Positions 29,661 to 40,038 are shown, counted from the first letter of the stretch. The stretch: DNA of 64,000 nucleotides from an uncultured Candidatus Rokubacteria bacterium (GCA_963805625.1 CAWDVE010000010.1:1248001-1312000); one strand, 5' to 3'. Numbers and translations are program-made. The notes: generated by a model from the sequence alone, not told the origin.

Positions 29661-31073
29661 ATGCGCAGCAGGCGTCTCACGGTCGTCGCCGTCGTGGCGC
29701 TCCTCGCGTGTCTGGCTGGCCAGGCTCCGGCGCAGCTCGCGCCGCGGCCGGTCGCGCCGCGTCCGGCCGCGCCGACCGGGCCCGCCCTCCGCCTGGGGGC
29801 GCTGCTCCCCTTGACCGGCCCGGGCGCCTGGTTCGGCGCGGAGCTCAAGCAGGGACTCGAGCTCGCCGCGGCCGAGCTGGATCCGGCGCCGCGGCAGGGT
29901 GGCGCGGCCCCCGGCGGCGGCACCTCCGAATCGGGGACGCCGCCCGCGGGCGCAGCGGAACCCAAGGCCGACACCGGAACCCGGCCGCCGGCACCCGCTC
30001 CCGCCGGGGAGACCGCTCCCGCGGCTGCCTCACCCGAGACGAAAAAGGCCGAGAATCGCCCTCCGCCCGAACCCGTCGAGCCCGCGGACCGGCCCCGGAC
30101 GCTCGCGCTCGTCGTCCAGGCGGTTGACGTCCAGCCTCTCGACGTGAGAGACGCCGAAGCCGAGGTCAACCGGATGCTCGGCACGGGTATCAACGCGATC
30201 CTGACCGCGTCGCCGACACCCACGCTCGCCGTCTATCCGCTGGCGGCGGGGCGCGACGTCCTGGTGCTCCACGCGGGCCTCGCGACCGAGCGCTTTCCCG
30301 CGACGAGCCGGAGTTTGTTCCAGCTCAGGCCCTCGGCGGCCGCCCGTGCCGACGTCCTCGGTGCGTATGCCTGGGAGCGCGGCATCCGGCGCCTCGGCGT
30401 CCTGGGCGACAGCGACAGCTTCGGCCGCGCGGTCCGCGCGGCGGTCGCCGCCCGTTGGCGACAGCAAGGCGGTCACCTCGCCCACGACGAGAGCGTGTCG
30501 CTGGATGCCTCCGATCTCAGGTCGCGCCTCCGGGCCCTCGCCAGGGTCGCGCCCGAGGCCGTCGTGCTGGGATTCCAGGGAACGGCGCTCGGGGAAGCCG
30601 CGCGCGCGCTCCGTGACGCCGGCTTCGCCGGGCAGATCCTGGCCACGGACGACGACAGGGCGGCGCGCCTGGCCGGCGGACGCGCGGTCGACGGCGCCCT
30701 GATCCTGGCGGACGCGTTCGTTCCCCTGCCCGGCACGCGCGGGGCCCGATTCGCCCGGGCCTACGAGGCCCGCCACGGGCAACCCCCGTCCCGCTTCGCG
30801 GCGAACGCGTACGAGACAGCGACGCTCCTCGCCGAGGCCGCTGAGCGCTCCCTCCGCGATGGACGCGGCGTCACCGGCTCCAGGCTCCGCGACGTCCTCG
30901 TCACAGGGCGCCGCTTTCCCTCCCTCTACGCGGGCGAGCTGATGGTCCGCGACGATGGCACGATCGCGCGGCCACTGGCCCTGTTCCGGGTCGAGCGCGA
31001 GGGCCTGACGTTCGAGACGTACGTGACGGTCGACGGACGAGCGATCGGCGGCGCGCCGGGGAGCGATCCCTGA
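29661..31073 (+). CDS. Orphan LivK-like (type I periplasmic) substrate-binding protein with Pro/Ala-rich insertion
   Basis: Signal peptide, [28 protein letters not shown]. Confidence 0.82.
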   Translation: MRSRRLTVVAVVALLACLAGQAPAQLAPRPVAPRPAAPTGPALRLGALLPLTGPGAWFGAELKQGLELAAAELDPAPRQGGAAPGGGTSESGTPPAGAAEPKADTGTRPPAPAPAGETAPAAASPETKKAENRPPPEPVEPADRPRTLALVVQAVDVQPLDVRDAEAEVNRMLGTGINAILTASPTPTLAVYPLAAGRDVLVLHAGLATERFPATSRSLFQLRPSAAARADVLGAYAWERGIRRLGVLGDSDSFGRAVRAAVAARWRQQGGHLAHDESVSLDASDLRSRLRALARVAPEAVVLGFQGTALGEAARALRDAGFAGQILATDDDRAARLAGGRAVDGALILADAFVPLPGTRGARFARAYEARHGQPPSRFAANAYETATLLAEAAERSLRDGRGVTGSRLRDVLVTGRRFPSLYAGELMVRDDGTIARPLALFRVEREGLTFETYVTVDGRAIGGAPGSDP

Positions 31074-32061
31074 CCTTCCGGGACGGCGGGCTCGACCTCT
31101 CTCCGGAGGAACGGGCCCTCCGGGCCGCCGTAGCCCGTGCAGGCGCCGAGACGTTCCGGCCTCTCGCCGAGGCGTGGGGAGAGCGCGACGAGCTCAACTG
31201 GGATCTCGCACGAGCCCTCGGTCGCGAGGGCCTCTTTCCGCGGCTCGTGCCCGCCGCCTACGGGGGCGGTCTCGAGGGGCCGTTCCGATCGGTGACCCTC
31301 TGTCTCATCCGCGAGGAGCTCGCCCGGACGTCCCGGCCGCCGAGGAGTTGTTGGCGATCCAGGGGCTGGGGAGCTACCCCATCCTCCTCGCGGGCTCCGA
31401 CGCTCAGAAGCAGCGCTGGCTCCCACCGCTGGCCCGAGGCGAGACCGTTCCCCGCATTCGCGCTGACCGAGCCCGAGGCGGGCTCGGACGCTGCCGCCCT
31501 AACGACGCACGCCGAGCCCCGTGGCGACCACTGGGTGCTCACGGGTCGGAAGCGCTTCATCTCGAACGCGCCCGTCGCCGACCCTCTACGTGGTGTTCGC
31601 CCGCACGGGACCGGCGCCCGGCGCCAAGGGCCTCTCGGCCCTCGGCGTCCGAAGGACGCTCCGGGCCTCACCGGGACACCCATGCACAGGCTCGCCCCCA
31701 CGTCATCGGCGAGCTCACCTTCGAGGACTGCCGCGTCCCCGCGGACCACCGGCTCGGCGCCGAGGGTGACGGCTGGCGGGTGGCGATGGGAACGCTCGAC
31801 GTCTTCCGCGCGTCGGTGGGGGCGCAGGCCGTGGGCCTGTGACAGGCCGCCCTCGACCTCGCGCTCACGCACGCGCGGCCCCGGACCCAGTTCGGCCAGC
31901 CGATCGCCCAGATCCACGGAGGTGCGGGCGTGCTCCGCGGGGCCCCGATCGAGCGCCTGTACCGGGAGGTGCGCGCCCCCCGGATCTACGAAGGCACCTC
32001 CGAGATCCAGCGCCTCATCCTCGCCCGCCAGCTCTTGCGAGAGGCCGACGACACGGGCTGA
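31070..32061 (+). pseudogene. Acyl-CoA dehydrogenase pseudogene
   Basis: [10 protein letters not shown] / QGLGSYPI / [11 protein letters not shown] / GRKRFISNA / TQFGQPIA / [28 protein letters not shown] spread across several frames. In-frame TGA at 31840-31842 and an internal deletion. Confidence 0.88.
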
Positions 32062-32064
32062 CCG

Positions 32065-32577
32065 TCAGCGACGCGCGGCTGCGACCGGGGGCAGAACGAA
32101 GATCAGGTCCTCGACGCTCCCCTCCGGATGATGCCGGAGCAGCTCCTGCCGGACGATCCTCACCGCCGTTTCGCGAAGCTCGGGATACTCGACCTCGCCG
32201 CGGACCTCCACCGTCGGCCCTGCCCGACCCGTCAGCGGGACGTGCGCCACCGTGGTGACCACGGTGGCTCTCAGGCGCGGCTCCCGCATGAGGGCGTCGG
32301 CGATCTGGGCCTCGATCGCGATGGCCTGAGCCCGTCGCTTCCGGCGAAGATCCAGGACGGCCACCGCCAGGATGAGCCCACCGAGGAGCGCCACCGCCAG
32401 GATGATCACGGCCGCCATCGGACTACCTCCGTCGGGCCCTGGCAACGTGGTTCCCCCGGGGCCCGGGGCAGGCAGTCCCTGGGCGAACGCACTGGGCCGA
32501 GGCCACGCTCCCAAGAGCGTGAGATACGCGAGGGTGACCAGGGATCCGAGCCGTCGATTCATTGCAGACACCTCCAC
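32065..32577 (-). CDS. Hypothetical membrane protein
   Basis: Signal-like N-terminus, one TM segment, C-terminal QIADAL..VEVRGEV (BON-like). Start may be the ATG at 32562. Confidence 0.6.
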   Translation of the reverse strand: MEVSAMNRRLGSLVTLAYLTLLGAWPRPSAFAQGLPAPGPGGTTLPGPDGGSPMAAVIILAVALLGGLILAVAVLDLRRKRRAQAIAIEAQIADALMREPRLRATVVTTVAHVPLTGRAGPTVEVRGEVEYPELRETAVRIVRQELLRHHPEGSVEDLIFVLPPVAAARR

Positions 32578-32687
32578 GGGGCCGACTGCAACCCGAGCAG
32601 GCCGGCGCCCGCCGCTCCCGCTCCTTCAGCGCTCCCCGGGGGCGCGCACGTCGCCCGCAACCCGCGGAGCACGACAGGGCTCCCGTT

Positions 32688-32985
32688 CTAGGACTTGACC
32701 TCGAACTTCCGCGCAGTCTTCTGCAGGCCGGCCTCGACGTACGAGATCATCACCGTCGAACCGGGCTTGATGTTCGTCCACTCGACCTGGAGCCCAGGTG
32801 GAATGGTGAGCGTCTCATGGAACAACCTCTTCCAGCGACACCGAGTCGCCCTGTGCGCGCCCAATTGACGCGCAGGGGCCACGCCAGACGGACGCATACC
32901 CCAATCAGATGGAAGAGCAACAGCAATGCCATCCATCAGAGATGCGGAAGAACTCCCTCTCCACACCCGAGGTGTCGCGTCTCAT
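32688..32985 (-). pseudogene. Remnant of a small secreted beta-barrel protein (DUF1344-like)
   Basis: Intact-looking C-terminus ETLTIPPGLQVEWTNIKPGSTVMISYVEAGLQKTARKFEVK. A signal-like segment MALLLLFHLIGV lies in another frame. Confidence 0.4.
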
Positions 32986-33318
32986 GACAGGATCGCGGTG
33001 CCCGCGCGCGATTCAGGGGTCCTCGCAAGCGACCACCCTCCGTCCCTACCGTAGGAATGCGCGTGCAAGAACTACAGCTCTGGAAGAAGCTACCAGTCCC
33101 GCTCGGGGCAGGAGACGCGGGATCCCGGCGTAGGACGCCAGCGGCCGAGTGCCGCTGTGGGCGCAGGGGAAGTCTCGGTGACGCCTCGAGGTCCTCGGCT
33201 TGGAGCACGGCGAGCCGATCCGCCTTGCGTCGTCCTGCCTCACGTGGAGGGAGCGAGCGGCGGCGAGGGTTGCGACACCACCGGATCCGGGGAGGTCACG
33301 GACGCTCCCTCCGGAGAG

Positions 33319-33921
33319 CTACGGGACCAGCGTCTCCTCCCGCCATCCGTCCGCCTGCCGGATGAAGCGGCGGCGGTCGTGGAGCCGGTCCGGGGATCCC
33401 CGCCATGCTTCGATCCGATCGGGAACGAGGTAGACCCCCCGGAGCAGGTCCGGCCGGGGCACTGCCTCGGCTGTGGGATAGCGCTTGCGCAATCCGTCGA
33501 TCCCCTCGAGGAACCGCTCGCGCGACGGGACGGCGCTCGACTGGGGCCCATACGTCGCGTAGTAGACGTCAAGCAGCCGGGATTCGTGGACCTTCTGATT
33601 CCAGTAGGTCTCGACGAGGGCGTCGGGCATGGGCGCGAGGGTCCCGCGCACGCGGTACTGCCGGCGGATCGTCAGCCACAGGAGAAGCAGCTCGTAACGC
33701 CCGGACGAGAGCGGCTCCCACTTCGGGCTCGAGCCGCTGATCAGGAGACCGATGCCTTGAGGCCCGACGTCACGAAGGACGATCGGGCGCACGCCCGGCG
33801 CCCCGTCGGCAGCCCCGCCGGTCGCCAGCACGCAGAGGTCGGTGAACGGATCGCCGGCCGCCCGGGCTCGGGCTCGGTCACCGACGACGAGCGAGATGGG
33901 ATCGCCCGGGGAGGCGGTCAC
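33319..33921 (-). CDS. Pyridoxamine 5'-phosphate oxidase family protein
   Basis: LAT..DGAPGVR.IVLR, SPK, QYRVRG, PDRIEAW..DRLHDR..W..LVP. Confidence 0.8.
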   Translation of the reverse strand: MTASPGDPISLVVGDRARARAAGDPFTDLCVLATGGAADGAPGVRPIVLRDVGPQGIGLLISGSSPKWEPLSSGRYELLLLWLTIRRQYRVRGTLAPMPDALVETYWNQKVHESRLLDVYYATYGPQSSAVPSRERFLEGIDGLRKRYPTAEAVPRPDLLRGVYLVPDRIEAWRGSPDRLHDRRRFIRQADGWREETLVP

Positions 33922-34021
33922 GGATGGGCATTGTACCAGGAGCGTCGGTGCCGGACCGATCTTGGACGGACGAATGTGGCGGAGGATCGCGCGTTCTGGT
34001 AGGGTCTCGACTGAGAAGCAT

Positions 34022-35194
34022 GTGATCGAGCTCGGCGTGTCGGACGCGTCTCCGGACGTACCTCGAGGCTGGTTCCGCCGCGCCCGCCGGGTGTTCGGAG
34101 CGGCGCTGGCGCTGGCCGGCTGTGTCGGGTTCCTGCCTCAGCCCGCGCCGTCCGCCGACCTCTCGACGATCCGGCTCCCCTCCGGTTTCGCGATCGAGCT
34201 CTTCGCCCGAGACCTCGGGTACCCGCGCTTCATGGCGCTCGACCCTCGCGGCACGCTGCTGGTCTCGGTGCCGCGCGCGGGTCGCGTGATCGCGCTGCCC
34301 GACGACAACCGAGACGGCCGGGCTGACGCCGTCGCGCCGGTCGTGGAAGGCCTCGAGCTCCCGCACGGGCTCGCCTTCCTCGATGGCCAGCTCTACGTCG
34401 CCGAGACGGGGCGGGTCCTGCGTTTCGCCTACGACGCGGCCACACGCCGCGTCAGCGGGGGGCCGACGGTCGTCATCCCCGACCTCCCGGCCCGCGGCAG
34501 CCACTGGACCCGGACCATCGCCATCGGGCCCGATCGCCGGCTCTACGTGTCCGTGGGGTCCTCCTGCAACAGCTGCGAGGAGCGCGAGCGCCGCCGCGCG
34601 GCGATCTACCGCTACGACGCCGATGGCCGAGCGGCCGTGCCGTTCGCGACGGGACTGCGCAACGCGGTCGGGATCGCCTTCCGCCCAGGAGCCGCCGAGC
34701 TCTGGGCTACCGTCAACGGCCGCGACTGGCTCGGAGATGACCGTCCCTCCGAGTACATTACGCGGGTCGACGAGGGCGGCTTCTACGGTTGGCCGTACTG
34801 CCACTGGACGCCTGCGGGGCTCGCGTCTGACCCTGACCTCGGGGGGGGCGACCACTGCAAGGCGGCGCGCCGGCCAGGTCTCCTCTATCAGGCGCACACG
34901 GCTCCGCTCGGGCTCGCCTTCTACACGGGATCCCAGTTTCCCCCCGAGTATCGCGGCGATCTCTTCGTCGCGCTCCACGGCTCCTGGAACCGCTCGGTGC
35001 CCGCTGGCTACAAGGTCATCCGCGTGAGGCTCGGGGGAACCGAGCCGGTCGCCGAGGACTTCGCGACAGGCTGGCTCGTGGGCGGCCGCCACTGGGGCCG
35101 GCCGGTGGACCTCGCCGTGGCGCCCGACGGCGCGCTCTTCCTGTCCGACGACAACCTGGGCGCCGTATACCGGATCACCTACCGGGGCGGCTGA
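34022..35194 (+). CDS. Glucose/sorbosone dehydrogenase family beta-propeller protein
   Basis: LPSGFAIELFA, HWTRTI..LYVSVGSSCN, GLRNAVG, FYGWPYC, ALHGSWNR, GRPVD. Start uncertain. Confidence 0.88.
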   Translation: MIELGVSDASPDVPRGWFRRARRVFGAALALAGCVGFLPQPAPSADLSTIRLPSGFAIELFARDLGYPRFMALDPRGTLLVSVPRAGRVIALPDDNRDGRADAVAPVVEGLELPHGLAFLDGQLYVAETGRVLRFAYDAATRRVSGGPTVVIPDLPARGSHWTRTIAIGPDRRLYVSVGSSCNSCEERERRRAAIYRYDADGRAAVPFATGLRNAVGIAFRPGAAELWATVNGRDWLGDDRPSEYITRVDEGGFYGWPYCHWTPAGLASDPDLGGGDHCKAARRPGLLYQAHTAPLGLAFYTGSQFPPEYRGDLFVALHGSWNRSVPAGYKVIRVRLGGTEPVAEDFATGWLVGGRHWGRPVDLAVAPDGALFLSDDNLGAVYRITYRGG

Positions 35195-35292
35195 CCACGC
35201 GTAAGCTCGACACGGTAAGGGCTACACGCTGTCCTTCCCGGGGAGCGGCGGGCGCGACACCGGCGCCCGGAGCGGCGCCGGCACGCATCCAT

Positions 35293-35322
35293 CGAGCGGT
35301 GGCGAGCGGTGGCGAGCGGTGG
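35293..35322. repeat. 10-bp tandem repeat (CGAGCGGTGG)x3 upstream of the PBP gene
   Basis: Direct reading of the sequence. Confidence 0.7.
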
Positions 35323-35351
35323 GCGGCTGACGGGGAGGCGCGGCACGCCCG

Positions 35352-37736
35352 TTGCTCAGGGTCCTCACCGCCGTGTCGCCGGGGTTCCCCTCATTGCGTC
35401 TCCCTGACCGCCTGACCGCGCTGGCCGTCGCCGCCCGCCAGCGGCGCGGCCTCCTGGTGGCGGTCGCTCTCGTCGTCGTCCTGAGTCCTCCGATCGCCTT
35501 CGGGATCTGGACCTGGCGGACCGCGGCCGCCGTCGACCTCTCGCGACTCGAGGATGCCGCTCTCATCTACGCCGCCGGCCAGGTCCTCGCCCCCGGTGTC
35601 TCGATCGAGGCTGTCGACCTTCCCGGCGCGCTCCGCCGCCTGGGGTATCGCGAGACCCAGTCAGCTCCGGCGGCTCCCGGTCAGTTCCGTCGCGAGACGG
35701 CCCTGTGGGAAGTCCACCTCCGGCCGCGCGACGATCCCGGGTCGACCCGTCCGGCCCTGCCGGTCCGGCTCCTGGTGGACGGCGGCCGAATTCGCCAGCT
35801 GATCACGGTCGCGGGCGAGCCGCTGGAGGAGATCGAGCTCGAGCCGGAGACGCTCACCGGACTCGGCGGGACAGCCAACCAGCTCCGGCATCCCGTCGCG
35901 CTCACGGCCGTGCCGAAGCACCTCGTCCAGGCGGTGCTGGCCGCCGAGGATCACCGCTTCTTCGAGCATCCCGGGGTGGATCTCCGCGCCGTGGCGCGCG
36001 CCGTCTGGGTGAACTTCCGCCGTGGCGGGCTCGCCCAGGGGGGGAGCACGCTCACCCAGCAGCTCGTCAAGAACCTCGTGCTCACGCCCAAGCGGACCTG
36101 GGGGCGGAAGGTGCGCGAGGCGGCGCTCGCCCTCGCGCTCGAGCAGCGCTACTCCAAGGACGAGATCCTCTCGGCCTACCTGAACGGCATCTACCTCGGC
36201 CAGCACGGCGGCTTCGCCGTGTACGGCGTCGGCGCGGCGTCGCGCAGCTTCTTCGGCAAGGACATCGAGCGGCTCACGCTCGGCGAGGCCGCCACGCTCG
36301 CGGGGATCATCCGGGCCCCGAACACCTATTCGCCCGTCCAGCATCCCGAGCGCGCGCGCGAGCGGCGGAACGTGGTCCTCCGCCAGATGCGCGACCTGCG
36401 GATGCTCGACGACAAGCGGCTCGCCCAGGCGAGCCAGGAGCGCCTGGTCGTCCAGCGTGGGACCGTGATCAACGCCCTCGGGCCGTACTTCGCGGACTGG
36501 GTGCGGGGGCAGGTCGAGCAGGTTCAGCCGGCCGACGAATCGTCGACGGGCGGCCTCCGGATCTACACGACGCTCAATCCCGTCCTCCAGCGCGCCGCCG
36601 AGGGGGCGCTGGTACGGGGTCTCGACCGCCTGGAGGGCCAGTACCGCGCTCTCCGGCGGAGCGACCCGGGAACGCGGCTCCAGGGAGCGATCGTGGCGCT
36701 CGACGCCCGTACCGGCGAGATTCGCGCGATGGTCGGGGGGCGAGACTACGGGCAGAGCCAGTTCAACCGGGTCGTCCAGGCCCGGCGGCAGCCCGGCTCG
36801 GCCTTCAAGCCGTTCGTCTACCTGGCGGCGCTGGGCCACGGGCCGCGGGGCGAGCCGCCCAACTTCACGCCGGCGTCACTCCTCGAGGATCGGCCGCTCA
36901 CCATCGGCACCGGCCGCAACGCGTGGACCCCGCGCAACTACGAGAACCGGTACGAGGGCACGGTCACGGTGCGCCGTGCGCTCGAGCAGTCGCTGAACGC
37001 CGCGACGGTGTGGATGGCCGAGACCGTTGGCTACGATGCCGTCGTCCGCGCGGCGCGCGAGGCCGGGTTCACGAGCCCGATGGAGCCCGTCCCGGCCCTC
37101 GTCCTCGGAAGCTTCGAGGTGACGCCGATCGAGCTGGCGTCGGCGTTCGCGGCGCTCGCGAGCGGGGGAGAGCGGGTCCGCCCGACCGGACTCCGCGCCG
37201 TGGTGGACCGGGAGGGCGGGGTCAGCGAGCCGCGCACCGATCGGAAGCCGGGGCTAAGGCCGGACGAAGCGTTCCTGGTCACTCACCTGCTGCAGGGCGT
37301 GATCGACCGCGGCACCGGCGCCTCGGCGCGGTCGCTCGGTGTGGAGGGACCCGTCGCCGGGAAGACCGGCACGACGAACGAGGGTCGCGACACGTGGTTC
37401 GTCGGCTACACGCCGCGGCTCGTCGCGCTCGTGTGGGTGGGGTTCGACCAGCGGGACGTGCTCCGCCTCTCGGGCGCGCAGGCCGCGCTCCCGATCTGGG
37501 CCGACTTCATGCGCACCGCCCTCGGCGCGGTGCCGGCCTCCGCCCCCGAGCCGCCGCCCTCGATCACCTTCCGGGAGGTGGATGCGGCCAACGGCAAACT
37601 CGCCACCACCTGGTGCCCGGTCGTCATTCGCGAGGCGTTCCTCGCGTCGACCGAGCCGCGAGACACGTGCCCCGACCACGGCCCGGCCGCCGCGGTCCGC
37701 TCGTTCTTCCGCCGCCTCTTCGACTCGGTCCGGTAG
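35352..37736 (+). CDS. mrcB: Class A penicillin-binding protein, PBP1B-like
   Basis: TM anchor, UB2H-like segment (LRRLGYR..PGQF), GT motifs EDHRFFEH and GGSTLTQQLVKN, TP motifs SAFK, SLN, KTG. Confidence 0.9.
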   Translation: MLRVLTAVSPGFPSLRLPDRLTALAVAARQRRGLLVAVALVVVLSPPIAFGIWTWRTAAAVDLSRLEDAALIYAAGQVLAPGVSIEAVDLPGALRRLGYRETQSAPAAPGQFRRETALWEVHLRPRDDPGSTRPALPVRLLVDGGRIRQLITVAGEPLEEIELEPETLTGLGGTANQLRHPVALTAVPKHLVQAVLAAEDHRFFEHPGVDLRAVARAVWVNFRRGGLAQGGSTLTQQLVKNLVLTPKRTWGRKVREAALALALEQRYSKDEILSAYLNGIYLGQHGGFAVYGVGAASRSFFGKDIERLTLGEAATLAGIIRAPNTYSPVQHPERARERRNVVLRQMRDLRMLDDKRLAQASQERLVVQRGTVINALGPYFADWVRGQVEQVQPADESSTGGLRIYTTLNPVLQRAAEGALVRGLDRLEGQYRALRRSDPGTRLQGAIVALDARTGEIRAMVGGRDYGQSQFNRVVQARRQPGSAFKPFVYLAALGHGPRGEPPNFTPASLLEDRPLTIGTGRNAWTPRNYENRYEGTVTVRRALEQSLNAATVWMAETVGYDAVVRAAREAGFTSPMEPVPALVLGSFEVTPIELASAFAALASGGERVRPTGLRAVVDREGGVSEPRTDRKPGLRPDEAFLVTHLLQGVIDRGTGASARSLGVEGPVAGKTGTTNEGRDTWFVGYTPRLVALVWVGFDQRDVLRLSGAQAALPIWADFMRTALGAVPASAPEPPPSITFREVDAANGKLATTWCPVVIREAFLASTEPRDTCPDHGPAAAVRSFFRRLFDSVR

Positions 37737-37868
37737 CCCCCCGTCGTCCCTGGCCCGCCCCCCAGGATCCGGAATCGCCCAGCCTCAGGCTCGCTGTTCG
37801 CCACCTGACTCCGCGAGGCCGGCCGGATTGCCTCCACCGTACCTTCCCCGGTACGATACGGACACACC

Positions 37869-38621
37869 ATGCGACTCACCGGCAAGGTCGTTCTGATCAC
37901 CAACGTCGGTCAGTACATGGGTCCGGCGTGCGTCGAGGAATTCGCGAAGGAGGGTGCGATCCTCGCGCTCCACGAGCGGACGGAGGCCCGCGCTCAGTCC
38001 GCCTTCGAGCTGGCGCGTGCCCACGGCCGGGAGGCGACCGTGGTCACGGGCGACCTCACGGTCTCCGGCGAGGCCAACCGGGTGGTGCGCGCGGTGGCGG
38101 AGCGTCATGGGCGGCTCGACGTTCTGATCAACAACTCGAGCCATTCCACGGTCGGGGGGCCGGTCGACGAGGTCTCCGACGAGACCTGGCGGTCCATGGC
38201 AGCTCACCTCTACGACGAGCCCTTCTTCTGCCTTCGCGCGGCGATCCGCGTGATGAAGCGCCAGGGCCACGGCAAGGTCGTGAACATCACCTCGGCGGTG
38301 GCGATCCCGGGGCTGCCGAACTACACTGCGTACTCGGCCGCCCGGGCCGGGACGAACGGTCTCACGCGCGCGGTGGGCCGCGAGGTCGCGCGCCACAACA
38401 TCCAGGTCAACGCGATCGCGCAGAACTTCGTCGAGAACCCCACCTACTTCGGACCCGAGGTCACGGGACAGCCCGAGAGACTCGCCCGCGTCGTCCGCAA
38501 CGTCCCCGCCGGACGTCTCGCGCGGTCGGAGGAGTCTGCGAAGCTGTGCGTCTTCCTCTCGTGCGACGACTCCGACTTCTTCTGCGGCCAGGTGATTCCG
38601 TTCGCGGGCGGCTGGATCTGA
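37869..38621 (+). CDS. hheD: Halohydrin dehalogenase (HheD-like; SDR fold)
   Basis: T-x4-Y-x-G (TNVGQYMG) in place of TGxxxGxG. S-x12-Y-x3-R (SAVAIPGLPNYTAYSAAR) in place of YxxxK. NIQVNAIAQNFVENPTYF. Confidence 0.85.
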   Translation: MRLTGKVVLITNVGQYMGPACVEEFAKEGAILALHERTEARAQSAFELARAHGREATVVTGDLTVSGEANRVVRAVAERHGRLDVLINNSSHSTVGGPVDEVSDETWRSMAAHLYDEPFFCLRAAIRVMKRQGHGKVVNITSAVAIPGLPNYTAYSAARAGTNGLTRAVGREVARHNIQVNAIAQNFVENPTYFGPEVTGQPERLARVVRNVPAGRLARSEESAKLCVFLSCDDSDFFCGQVIPFAGGWI

Positions 38622-38643
38622 GCAGCCGACCGCATCGCAGGTC

Positions 38644-39786
38644 ATGACGGATCTCGCCGCCGCTGACCTCTACCAGCGCCTGGGCGGGACTGCGCCGCCC
38701 CGTGTTCTCGACGTCCGCAACGCCGAGGAGTTCGCGCGGTGGCGGGTGGAGGGCCCCCACCCGGTCGATGTGCTGAACGTCCCCTACTTCGAGTTCGTCG
38801 AGCGCGAGGAGGCGTCGGTCAAGAGGGTGACCGACTGGCTGGGCGCCCGTGGAGAGGACCTGGTGGTCGTCTGCGCCGAGGGCGGGTCGTCCGCCTACGT
38901 GGCCGAGATCCTCCAGGGCCGGGGACTTCCCGCCGCCAACCTGGCCGGGGGCATGGTCGCGTGGGGGCTCGGCACCGCGATCCGGCCCATCGCCGCGAGC
39001 GGACCGGCCCGTCTCTGGCAGGCGCTCCGCTTCGGACGGGGGTGCCTCTCGTACGTCGTGGCGCGGGGGGGTGACGCCGTCGTCGTCGACCCGCACCGGG
39101 GACTTGACGCCTACCGCGGGCTCCTCGAGCGCGAGGGGCTCCACCTCCGCGCGGTCTTCGATACTCACCTCCACGCGGACCACGTGTCCGGCGGGCCGGC
39201 GCTCGCCCGTGACGCCGGGGTGGGCTACCACGCGAGCCGGCGCGACTTCGAGGGCGGAACCGTCCCAGTCGAGGGGCTGGTCGACGGCCAGCCCGTGCGG
39301 ATCGGTCGACTCGAGGTCCTCCCCATCGTCCCCCTCGGCACTCCGGGCCACACCCCGGGCAGCACCTCGCTCCTCGTCGCGGACGCGCTCCTACTGACCG
39401 GGGACACCCTCTTCGTCGACGACGTCGGGCGGCCGGACCTCGGCGGCCAGGCGGCGGCGTGGGCGCGGGATCTCCACCGGACGCTCCACGAGCGGCTCCA
39501 GCCGCTCGGCGACGCGATCGTGGTACTCCCGGCCCACGCGAGCACCCTCGCGGCATCCGGGCCGCTCGGCGCCGTGGCCGGCACGCTCGGCGTCCTCCGG
39601 CAGCAGAACCGCGCCATGCGACTCGACCTGGACGCCTTCGTCCGCGAAGCCGAGCATGCCGCGGGCTCGGCCCCCGCCGAGTACGCGAGAATCCGGGCGA
39701 TCAACCTGGGCCGCGAGACGGCCACCGAGGCGGAGCTGACCGAGCTCGAGCTCGGCAAGAACCAGTGCGCGCTGTCGAGGAGGTGA
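38644..39786 (+). CDS. Rhodanese-MBL fusion (persulfide dioxygenase-like, YrkH-type)
   Basis: LDVRNAEEF, VCAEGGSS, LAGGMVAW, then GCLSY, DTHLHADHVSG, TPGHT, GDTLF..GRPDL, PAH, C-terminal N.CA. Confidence 0.9.
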   Translation: MTDLAAADLYQRLGGTAPPRVLDVRNAEEFARWRVEGPHPVDVLNVPYFEFVEREEASVKRVTDWLGARGEDLVVVCAEGGSSAYVAEILQGRGLPAANLAGGMVAWGLGTAIRPIAASGPARLWQALRFGRGCLSYVVARGGDAVVVDPHRGLDAYRGLLEREGLHLRAVFDTHLHADHVSGGPALARDAGVGYHASRRDFEGGTVPVEGLVDGQPVRIGRLEVLPIVPLGTPGHTPGSTSLLVADALLLTGDTLFVDDVGRPDLGGQAAAWARDLHRTLHERLQPLGDAIVVLPAHASTLAASGPLGAVAGTLGVLRQQNRAMRLDLDAFVREAEHAAGSAPAEYARIRAINLGRETATEAELTELELGKNQCALSRR

Positions 39787-39789
39787 CCC

Positions 39790-40038
39790 ATGGCGGACTA
39801 CCGGACGGTGGACGCGCGCGGACTCAAGTGTCCGATGCCGATCGTCAAGGCGAAGAAGGAGATCGACGCCATCCCGGTGGGCGAGGTGCTGCGCGTGATC
39901 GCGACCGACCCCGGCTCCGTGCTGGACTTCCAGGGGTGGATGAAGACCAGCACGAGCTACGAGCTCGTGAAGCAGGAGGAGAGCCAGGACGAGCAGGGCC
40001 GGAAGACATTCGTGCACCTGTTGAGGAGGAAGGCATGA
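39790..40038 (+). CDS. tusA: TusA-family sulfur carrier
   Basis: VDARGLKCPMPIV..ATDPGS..D; SD GGAGG. Confidence 0.93.
   Translation: MADYRTVDARGLKCPMPIVKAKKEIDAIPVGEVLRVIATDPGSVLDFQGWMKTSTSYELVKQEESQDEQGRKTFVHLLRRKA

Noticed and set aside
29510-30223. N-terminal extension of the UxaA-family gene
   Set aside because: Antisense to the binding-protein gene. The real start is ATG 29509 with an SD.
35293-35322. Phase-variation switch for PBP1B
   Set aside because: The repeat lies upstream of the SD and TTG start, and three copies are too few to argue for slippage.
35705-38647. 980-aa Arg/Gly-rich ORF and similar long shadow ORFs (e.g. 42133-45018, 14637-17015)
   Set aside because: Stop-poor frames expected at very high GC. 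They overlap well-supported genes.
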